From assembly GCA_040954595.2 (NCBI GenBank), contig CM082597.2, forward strand, positions 4,779,244 through 4,843,243: 64,000 nt of DNA, written 5' to 3'. Both the position numbers and the translations under genes were made by a program. This DNA comes from Balanoglossus misakiensis. Taxonomy: Eukaryota > Animalia > Hemichordata. Below the pieces are notes generated by a model. It was not told where the DNA came from, ran no database searches, and was given only the letters and a program-made list of their open reading frames with translations. Position 1 is the stretch's first letter; each line of letters begins with the position of its first letter. This document shows positions 53,301-64,000 of this stretch, one piece after another.

Positions 53301-55947
53301 TGCCATTTACAGGTAGGAGTGAAATTATCAAGATCAGAGCGTGGGAAGATCACCATCACTGATAGAAATAATAAATAGGCCAAGGAATGAATCTCACAGT
53401 GTTTTGTAGTATTTAATATGCAACTGGGCCCATAGACAGTGATCCATTATCAACACTGCGGCGTGTGAATCACTGAAATGGTTACAAGTACAGGGAAACT
53501 GTATCATGTCACAACACTCACATAATGGGTATTCGAACATGCTATATCGATTAATAATTAAGAAAAACAATAACACATTTGCTACATGTCAAAAGTAACA
53601 CAAACGTGTTGCATTCAACAGCACCGCTTCTCATGAACTGTCACAGCAGTTTTTGAATTGCTTAGATAATGCAAATGAGGTCAGCACAGATCGTAACGTT
53701 GATGGCGACTTTTACTTGTTTTACCTAAAGTATACTACGTCTTGAAAATCAAAATCTTAGACTTGTATATTACTTAATACAAACTTAGATCATGCTCTTA
53801 TTCAATTGGTCGGGCTAGGTGAACTGGCCAAGAACGCAACACGCCATGCATGTGATTTCTGTTTCTTCAAGCTGACATTATATGTACAATGCACTGCATG
53901 TACTAAGAGCGAATGCATGTCCAAACTACTTAGCCAAGGATGGAGAGCAAGATATATACAATGTGATGTTGAACACTGCAAATGTCGCGTGTTCTTTTCC
54001 CAGTAGAGCTTATGTCGACATGTCGATTAATCGAAGAGAGGCATTGCATTAAAAGCTTTTGTGAACATCACGACTCTTTGAATTGAATTGCAACCTATGA
54101 CTCTCTTTTCAGACGTTTTATCCCTGAACAACAACCATACTAAAATGTCAAAAAAGTAGCCTGCCTCTTAAGACTCTATTCTTCTGAGGACATGTCACCC
54201 CATACATTTAGGATTTTCAAAGAAATAATTGAGTGATAATCTGCACGTTGAATAAAAAATTAATATGTAAGGCCAAATACAACCCCCAAGAGACGAAGAC
54301 CGTCAGTTTTTGCTATCATATAAGTGGAAATCCAGTGAACAATCGATTGTTGAATTGTTTACAAAGTCACAGCATTGCTTGAGGGGGTATTCAATCAACC
54401 GGATGCTTCTATAAAGGAAATGCCAAATGCGAAATATGGTATTGAAAATCGTCAAACAGGTTTTATATTCTGTGCAAAATGAATTTCCTTATCGATTCTG
54501 CTGCTACGATGCCTGCCATTATCGAACTCACCATAATGGATATTTCATAGACAGCAAAATAGATTTCATATATTTTCCGAGCAATTACTTGCTGTGAAAA
54601 GAGACGGAATTACGCTCGAAGCCACAAAACATATTTTCTTATAACAAAAGCTGTGCCCAGGAAGGGTGACTCTGCCCTGTATACCTGAATATAATTCTGT
54701 GAAAAGTCATTATGGCAATCTGGCTGGCAGTGTTTGGTTTTCTCATCATAAGATTAATATGGCACGGTAGGTCCACAGGAAAGATTATTATAATGTTCCA
54801 TTTTCCCATAATTACATCCGTTATTACGCTGCATGCTACCAAAATATGTGACTTGCACCTGTAATCTAGTAATATGCAATGGCTGAAAGCATTGTCACTT
54901 TTGATACCAGAGAAATAAAATGGACATTTTTTATGCTTACATTATCTGGGAATAAAATATATATCACAGTGTCTTATTTATTTCATAACACCATTGACGT
55001 AACGGACTCCCTAGCGAAGTGAATCATTGATTTCCCCGGTTGATATTAAGTTAACATTTCCGACTTGGCTTCTCCACGGTCTGGTACAGACACAGGCATT
55101 TACATTACGACTGTAGTTTAAGTAGCTAAAAAAAATTCAAAACCATGCAAAATTTCATTGCCAGTAAAACAAAACGATTCCCATGGCTTTCATACTGGAG
55201 ACACCGGAATTGCATGGTCGGAAGTAACGCTGGAATGATGTCTATTTTACAGGCTGAGGTGAACAAGAGTTCAGCCGCAAACTCGTTAAACATCGACGAC
55301 AAGTACCCAAGCGATCGGCCAACATAAGTTTTACGCAATAGCTATTAGAAGCACGTGCGGCCGAACTGGAGAAACTGACGCCCGTGCGCCAATAAAACCA
55401 AACTGTTTAATCAGTTCAATCTATCACTGCAAAGCGCTGATCAAATAGAGTACAGCGGGGCCCCACGGGAACGGCCATTTGGAAGATCGGCACTCTAATT
55501 GACGGATGGCGAGACGGGGACAGGTTACAGCAATGAATCGGAGCTCAAAGCTCGTACTTGTCACCGTCCCTAACATCATTTTCACTTACTGCTCCGCTGT
55601 AATGTGTAGGATATCATTTATCAGGGCAGTTACAGTTGGCGTTATTCATAATCGATGATACATTGAATGGATCCTGAAGACAGGTCAGAGAATGCTGATC
55701 GCTCACTGTAGGCAGCGTACTTGTTCAAAGAGTTTAAATTTAATAGATCCTTGTCTCTCAAAAATAGAACTGTCAACTAGCACAGCGCGCACAATAACCA
55801 GACAATAACATTTATTCCTGTGGTCAGGTTATCAGAGACTTTTAGCGATTACTTGTTCAGAGCCTTGTTTAATAGTATTTTGAATGACTATGCTCGTGAG
55901 GGAATGCGTGTGCATTTGTAGTCTACTTCAATTTATTTTGATTTCTC

Positions 55948-56020
55948 ATTAATACAATTTAATGAACGTCAGCCAACGTTAATTAATACAATTTAATGAA
56001 CGTCAGCTAACGTTAATTAA
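55948..56020. repeat. 34 bp tandem duplication, one mismatch
   Basis: attaatacaatttaatgaacgtcagc(c/t)aacgtta twice. Confidence 0.95.
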
Positions 56021-58059
56021 GACGTTTCAATTCTGTTTAATGTGAAATGTCCATAATGACTGTACCTTTAGATTTAATTTGAATAGGGGGTACGAGGTGT
56101 TCCTCAATTAATAAAATTGAAGTTATTTTGCCTATTAAATGACTGTGTATGAGAGCAGGTGATGTCATAAATGAATGTCAGTAATTCTCTCTCTCTCCCT
56201 ATCCTCTTCAGATGCAGGCACACGCGCATTGTGAACAATTTTGAGAAGAAGAAAAAAATATAGTAACCCAAACAGTTCAGTTTTTTGTTATACTAAAGTA
56301 TATGAGCAGCGTTTTTGAAAACTTAGAAGATAACAGGGTGTTCACCTGCCTTTTTCCAAAAACTTCACTACTAAGTTTTCTTCATACAGTTCAAAATATT
56401 TCCCCTGAAATAGTTTATTCATCTGGGAACTGGGGTCAAGACTGACCTCTTGAGATAATGCAGCGACATGGAGATGATAAATAGAGCTTGTGAACTTTAT
56501 CATTTCCTTACACACAACAGGGAAAACATTGCTCAGTATATAAGATTAAAACTCTCCTGACCTCCGTCTGACCTATCCATCGATATACTTCCTAGCTAAA
56601 AGATTTCTCCTTTAAACCACTTCCGATGGTTCGGTTACCGGGGAACGATTTCTTTATAAAATCATAAAAAAAAGAATAAATATCACCTTGAAGTATGTAG
56701 CTCTCAATTTCACATTTTGCGCGGTATTTACTCAGGCACTTCTAGGATCAAAGTGTTCTTGAAATGAACATTTGGCAAAATGTGTTTAAGTTTACACGAT
56801 TTTGGAAAACGTGCTCGCACAAATCATTTGCTTGCATCACACAGTGACGGCTCGACGACAAGGACGTTTCGATGGGGATTTGTGAGTTAATACGCAGAAA
56901 ACTGTTCTCGTCACATAAATTGCTAACTTCATTCATCGACACGATGAAACCTGGGGCGCCGAATGCATTTGTAATATAGATTTAAAACTACGCTATCTGT
57001 AACAATTTATATTTTTGGGTATTTCTGTTCTGTGTATTAACCATGGTTTTCTGTTCTTCCTATAACAAGATTATATGCCAAGAATATATCTTTTCAACAT
57101 GGTTCATGAGCGCATATTTCTCCTTAGTCTTTAAAGGAAAACCGAACATTGCAACCCTAAAATGTAACACTTCTTTACGTAGAGCTGGAAACCCAATGGG
57201 TCTCAAAATGGTGGTTATAGGGATACAATATAGCGATCAACGTAATATCATATTCTGCCAACATTTGTAATTCAAGCCATGCACTGATATCTCCTTCTAG
57301 ACTCTCTGTAAAAATGACACCGGCGACTTTCAAGCTAAAATGGTAAACACCTGTTTCAATTTCCCCCTTTAAATGATCATTCTTCACATACCTGAAAGAA
57401 TGTTGCTCTTTAAAATAAAGTTTGTTACTAAATATGGTTTATGGGGCACAGCGAGATAGTCTGCTGACTGTTTATTGGCTAAGTGATTTGTGTGCAGCAA
57501 GGGTTTTCTTAGGTAACCAGTTTTCAGACAATATTCCAAACAAAACTCCAGCGGGACAGGACGGGGAGTCACCCTTTATATAAGACATATGCATGATGTA
57601 TTTGACTATAAATTGAGGTTCAGGTCATAGTTGCGGCCGGTACTTGGTAATATTTTATGAAACAGAGCAACATTTCCTTAGATCCTGACCTGTATTCACT
57701 TATTGGATGATGTAGCGCCCACATGAGACGCCTACACGACGAATATTAATCATTCTGTTAATAAAACTGTTGCAGTACGAATGGGTATAAAATAATTATG
57801 TCGCTGAACTCAAGCTATGTTATATTCCCAGAGACTAATATCTCACAAAGAATTTTCTCTACTCTTTGCATATTGAGATAGAGATATGTACTTTACCAGA
57901 CGTTTGACAGGTGCTGTGACGTAAAGTGTGACCCTATATACTCCCATCGTGTGATGACTGCTCAATCTCATCTTTAAGATGTGCTGAATAGATATTTCTA
58001 CTGATGGGAAACTGTTTTGTGGTACATACACAATGCATACGGTACATCTTATTTTGCTT

Positions 58060-58730
58060 GGTTCAACCATGTTGCGGAATCTTTGGGCCTTAAGAAACCG
58101 CGTTTGCTCTAATTCAGCTGCAACTGAAAACACGACACGCTCTAGCAAGCAATAACACTTGCGATCTGTACACAGCCGCAAATTTTTCAACGCAAACGGA
58201 ATTCTCTTGTCTCGAAGGTTTTTAGAAAATGACATATAAACGCCGCGAGTGCTAACACTCCAAACGTGCAAAATTCTCCCGGAAGTACACTTATGAAAAT
58301 TCGCTGATTTTCGCCTTTGTGAATGTAGCGCTAAAGCACTTGCGCTAGCGAGAGAAAAACGCAAACCACACCGTCAGATATTTCTAACAGGAAGCGACAA
58401 GGTCTGATACAGCCAGCGTGACGAATGAAAGGTAGGCGTCATTAAGTTGGCGAGCGATGATGCTTTAACGTGCGTGTTCCTAAATATTAGTAGCCACGCA
58501 TAACGGCTTAATGTTTCACGGCTTGTGAGTCGTGATGCAGAATTCCAACCACCGTGGCGAACTATACCCGGTGAAAACAGGAACGCCGGATACATCACCA
58601 TAGTAACACCCATGCGTGAAGGGACCGTAGTGCAGTCAGAACTTAAAACGAGCAAGCAGCAAACGGCCAAGGGGCGCACAGACCGCATTTTGCAACAAGC
58701 GTAACGTTGGTTACCGCAGCGTGAATGAAA
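58060..58730 (+). promoter_or_regulatory. CpG-rich promoter-like region with candidate first-exon donor
   Basis: High CpG density relative to flanks; CCGGAAGT 58278-58285; ATGAAAG|GTAGGC (ATG 58425, GT 58432); X-box-like ATCACCATAGTAAC 58594-58607. Confidence 0.4.
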
Positions 58731-60470
58731 ATGCATTTCTTAAACTACAAGTTTTTTGTCACATTTATCTTAACCGGATTCCAAGGTGTGATGTAACTTA
58801 TACTGCATGGCAGCAAACCACAGCCTGTCTGCGCTGTTCACAACGATATCCCTCCAAAGACATTACTAGTATTCATCTCACCTATCCAATTTTTAAACAC
58901 AGACCGAGAGTTGTACATGTTTACTGTGCTTCTTAAGAAAGACCAGGTTACCCTTTCCTTGGTAAATATTGCATTCATAGTTTCTGCAATGCCAGTGGTA
59001 TTATCAGTAAATGCTGAATTGTGATACCATCTTTACATACGTGCTCCAACCAAAGGCATATGCATTCACCAGATGATAGCAATGTTAACGTTTTAGCATA
59101 TAGCTATACTAAATTCAGTCGTGTCTCAGACGCATGTCTAATGTGAAAGGGAATACTTCTGAATCAGCACCAAATCCGCTTTCCAAAGAATTGTGTTACA
59201 TTGTCTGTCACCATTTGCACGAAATACTTAACCTCAGGGCATATCTTGGATTTTGGAATAGCATAGAAAATTTCCAGATTAACTCTTTCAGCGGTTAGAT
59301 TCCTTTTAGGGTCAGTCACACTAAAATAGCACATTGACCCTTTTTAAACGACTGAAATTCATTCATCACATTGTCAAGTAGTATGTGGCATACTTTAATG
59401 TTTTTCTCTATATTATGCATGGCTATGTCTGAATGCATGTATGTAATTTGACAAATGCGGCACCTCCTATGGAATTGTACACGTTCTGTTAAAATTATCT
59501 CTTAGATTCCAGACAAGCCAGTTAACATAGCACCGTGATTGTCGAGTAAGCTCACTGTAATATAATAACATTGAATGATTTATTGAGGTGTGTCTGTACG
59601 ATTTAATCCCCTTGACAACTTAACCCCACCACACAAATACACTGAAGCATTGTGTTCCCAAGACTGCCACACATTAAGGTCCATGGTGAAATAACACAAA
59701 TTAAACGCAACGTTTTTGAAACTGGTAAACACTGATGGCGATTTTATAGTTGCATAGAAAATTGCATTGTACACAATGTATGTCATTCGAAGGGCATGGG
59801 TTATTTATCATTCCCCCAAACAAAGCTTTCCCAGGGAAATCTTTTTTACGATTTGTGCCGGGCAATTACCAGGGTAACTGAGATATAACCCCATCAGCGA
59901 ACCAATGCAAGACGTGCCAGCCTCGGCTGTTCAGATGTCTTTCCTTTATGAATACAAGATGAAGAGATACCTAGTCTATAGTAGCAAAAAAATTGCACCA
60001 AATGTATGGTTTCTACCTCTAAGGTTGCCATGGTGATACTTTGTTGCAACTGTAGAGTGGAATCGCTGAGAGCTGTAGCTGATCGTCGCAGCGATAAGCT
60101 CGCGTCTCGCTTGGCAAACTATGCGAGATGCAGTAATGTAATTTGTGTTACCATAAGAACAAGCGACTTTGATTAAAATGTGGATATCAGGCTGGGTACA
60201 TCGAAATTGGTTTGATGAACGTGTCGTACCGCGGGCAGTTGGCAGAAGCTGCAGCGATCAGATATTAGACATGGAGCCTGTCTGTCTGTCTACCAGGGTC
60301 GCGTGTTTGGAAGAAAAAACTGCTCTTGTGATGACGATTTCTCTATGTCAGTGATCTATTGTGAACCGAACAGAATTTACAGTTCGGTGTTTAGCCCTCA
60401 GTGACAGAAATAATCAAACACACACACATACAAGAACATACAGCATAGTCAAATAAATGAGGGTATTTTA

Positions 60471-60545
60471 GACTTCAACTGAATGGGTCAAATCATAAAA
60501 ATATTAAAGATTGTGATGACTTCAACTGAATGGATCAAATCATAA
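60471..60545. repeat. 28 bp direct repeat, two copies, 19 bp spacer
   Basis: gacttcaactgaatgg(g/a)tcaaatcataa at 60471 and 60518. Confidence 0.9.
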
Positions 60546-61906
60546 TTGGATGAAACACAGGGGGGATTTCATAAAAGTTTTATCGAGCAAAATACACAAA
60601 GGTGTAGTGGGATTTATTTTTAAGATGAACATAGGAATAAGCTTGATAGAAAGAGCTTTCCTTTTATATATTGCTCTTTGGTGTATAAGATGTTTTCAAT
60701 CAAGTGATTTATGATACAAATTTGGTTGTCATAAACCTAGCAAGCTGGACCAAAAAATTCCCACAAAGATTCTAAAAGAAAATTGACAAATCAGCAGAGG
60801 AGTGCATTTGTCTGAGCTGGCCAAGATTGGAAATATTTTGTCAGAACAATCAGTGCGTTGATCTTGGCTGGGCAAAGTTGGCTGGGCAAATTTTGTTTTG
60901 TTGGTTTTTCTTCGGTGCCAGACAGCTATAGCTTTTGCCAATGTCGAACTTGCTTTTTAATCAGGCAATGACAGATGTTGACATGGCTTCCGAAATGGAA
61001 ACTCACCCGAATGGACATTTGAAAAACTTGTCTCAATTATTGTCTGGTTAGAACCGTGACTTGAATAATTATGCTTTAGTTCAAACCATCTTAAAACGAA
61101 TAAAACTTGTATGACAGCATAGATCCGTGTCTAAACGCCAAATATATATCCAACTCACACTGACAGTTGAGATGAATGTGATGAAGTGGACATTTTAGGC
61201 CTACCTACATGGATTTACGATCCAATGTTTCATGTTAGGTGATCCTAATATTTCCTGATTTCCGAGAACGTGTACATTAGATAGGTTGTCAAATAAAACC
61301 ACTCCATCTATACTGCATGTAGTGGATAGATTGTATTTGAATTATGTCATGTACCGCAATATGTCTTAGCACATCTAGGCTTTAAACATCTGAAGCAGTC
61401 GAGATCAATAATTTGTTAGACAACATATCATGCATCTCTCCCTCTGCCAGTGCTTTATATCTCAAATAACTTTTTTTCGCAAGTGATATACGCTTTTTGA
61501 ACACATTGATCATGCTATTCCCGAGACATTCCCCACTTTTAAGGTCACTTTGCTACACAACGTCATGCGGGACATGTAAATGTGTCGGAACATTACTTAC
61601 TTGGCCGGATAATTTGTTTTCACTATCTGATCGAGCGATGATATGCCAGGCTACGGCGCCTTCGCTTTATCTCTCATAGACTGCAAGAACAGAGGCGTTT
61701 GTAGCTGTGCGCACCACGAATCTAAATAGAGATATTCCAGAAGAGACAAATTACTGAGCGACTCACAAGCACCAGTACAATCTGCGCAATGTAACATAAA
61801 CTGTAGAATTAAATGAGTATGAACGAAAAGTATGACAAGTTAAGCTAAAAGAAAGTTGAAAGTAGAGTACATATGTAACTTGAAAACAAAATAAAAATGT
61901 TGCAGC

Positions 61907-62024
61907 TACTGTAAAACAAGTTATTTTCGCGCGCAGGCCATTTTTGCAAAATATGCGAATAAAACAGTTGCCTTTTTTGATATCACAAAAATTTCCTGTT
62001 GCAAAAATAACCTGTTTTACAGTA
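61907..62024. mobile_element. 118 bp internally deleted copy of the 23014 MITE family
   Basis: tactgtaaaacaagttattttcgcg ... tgcaaaaataacctgttttacagta; shares aaacagttgcc..ttttgata..aaaaatttcctgt with 23161-23200. Confidence 0.85.
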
Positions 62025-64000
62025 TTTGCAGCTATATTTTTGCGTTTATTTCCTCTGATCACGTGTCTGCATTTAACCTCCTTGCGGCTGCAGCACTCAC
62101 ATCTCAAAGTGAAGCAATTCCAAATATTTATATGGGAGGGAGCGCTTCCTGTCAAACAGTTGATTTCGCAATAACCAAGTCGACTTTAATACTGTCCTCG
62201 TTCCTTCTATATAAACGCCGCATTTGATGGGTTTAGTCTTTGATTATGTCGCGGCGATGTGCCGAGAATACTGATTTTTAAATCCACAAACTTGGACAAG
62301 AAAGGAATATCCATTTCCTGTCATGGTAAAAATGAGAACAAAGCTGTCGGTATGGCGAAACGTTACCGTGACAAAAAGATGTCAAAAACCCTAGTTGAAA
62401 CTCAATCAATCATGTGCCACAGCTGGTGTTTTGAGTGAATTTGGGTTGATTGATAATTGCCCGATGTAAAACCAGTCATGAAGGTTCCAGACATGATGAA
62501 CCAATGGTTGTCATTTCTGCTAAATGTACGGACTATACATGTACGTGTATCTGTCAGCGGAGAAAACTCAAAAATGCACAACGCGACAGGTCTAACACGT
62601 CAAACCATGCAAGCTTTTAAGCTCACTGCCAAAGTAGTCCTCTGCAAATAGTCCACCGAGATAAAAGTTGTGCACACAATGAATACATAAGATTGAATTT
62701 GAATATGAGGAGTTTTTCCCTGATTGCGGGCTTCTTTGTTAGCATTGCACTTCTCACACTCAAAAACACACAGTGTGTGTTTAAAAAATAAAAATGAAAG
62801 GTACTTCACGATAGGCAATGCCATTGTTTGAAGACTTTGTCACTGTATGACGCCATATTGAAATGAACATGTCATATAAATCGCTTTGGTCACAGTGAGT
62901 GTTTTTTGCGAGAAAACTGGTATTCCTTATAGAAGTTTGGCCATATATTGACATGGAATAAAGATCTTTGTAATTTATTCATACGGAAAATGACAGGATC
63001 ATGAAGTTAAAAAGACCCGAGGCAAGTATCAGGCTGATCCTATTTGCAATACTACCGGTACATACCTGAATATTAGAGATTACTAGGGCAGGTCATATTG
63101 CGTTTTAATCCAAGTGACTGAACCAGCAGGGTCACCTGGAGATTAGAGTGCTGTTCAGGAAATATCCCAGTTTCCTGTGTTTGAGTCACGACACCTTACG
63201 CCGTTGTCTCCTTCATGATAAAAATAGCCTTTCAAATGTCAACAGGAACACATTCAACTGCTTGATCTAAAAACACGCTGGTTTATCATGTGGGTCACGA
63301 AAAGAATCGGATCTTATATCCGGATTGGAATTGACGTGTTGAATGAAGACAGTACAGGGTGACGCTGAACAGTGTGAGGTGTGTCTACATGTATAAACTA
63401 ATACCGGATAAGAAAGTCAATGTCTGGGTATATGACACTTTGCTGTCACAAGATCTATAGACATGCTGATCAGAACACCAATGTTAGTTCTGTTGAAGCC
63501 TCAGCAACGTGAGAGAACTTTCATTAGGGAAAACACTGAGTCATTACTTTCACAGATAAAATACTAGTACAGTGGCAATACAGACAGGTATTGCAATTGG
63601 CATCACAATACGCGTGTTGAATGGTGAATTCTTTTTAAACATGTAAGCTCCTATACGTGTCTTGTTGGTTTGGGGGTTCAATATACTGACGTGTATAGTA
63701 GTATGACGTCATTATTTAGGATAGTTCCGATCTTTCACAATACCTATACCTAAAGAGAATAATGCTTTACAATGTCCTACATAGCCTTTTCCCCACCCAA
63801 CACCATCTGGTTCCACACGGAGTCCAGGCATGCGACAGTTGTGTGTATTTACATTGTTCATTTAAGAATCGCTAATGTAGAGAAATTCATGACTCTATTG
63901 TACACTGCCTCCATTTTATATTCGACACAGAGTATACTATATGTGTTTGGTTCAAAATGGTCAAAGGGTTTTATTTTCCTTTGATTCTGCCGACCGAACT

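Noticed and set aside
57843-58736. 173 aa and 120 aa minus-strand ORFs
   Set aside because: No recognisable domain or coding-like composition; explained by the locally higher GC of a promoter-like region.
60471-60545. Repeat-spacer-repeat resembling a mini CRISPR array
   Set aside because: Only two repeats, a 19 bp spacer, no cas genes, eukaryotic DNA.
1562-64000. Remaining 60-130 aa ORFs in the track
   Set aside because: Lengths and compositions expected by chance in six frames, many with non-ATG starts; no recognisable motifs and no consistent exon chain.

Overview
This is AT-rich animal genomic DNA, not prokaryotic: it shows GT-AG splice signals, microsatellites, MITEs and very low gene density. 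A marine invertebrate deuterostome such as a hemichordate is my guess, not something the sequence proves. The only protein-coding gene I can support is a class A (rhodopsin-family) peptide GPCR on the minus strand (ATG 1492 to stop 398, 364 aa, CDS in one exon), resembling TRH/ghrelin/neuromedin-U-type receptors. It has atypical activation motifs: EKF for DRY, CVTP for CWxP, and a shortened TM5. Its splice acceptor region is tandemly triplicated, and a candidate promoter with a non-coding first exon lies at about 7.9-8.3 kb. The remaining ~62 kb is non-coding. It holds MITEs of two TIR classes, decayed retroelement relics, an old ~1 kb inverted-repeat element, local duplications, microsatellites, several CpG-rich promoter-like patches and enhancer-like blocks. 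I found no convincing new multi-gene system; the leads below are modest and scored accordingly.
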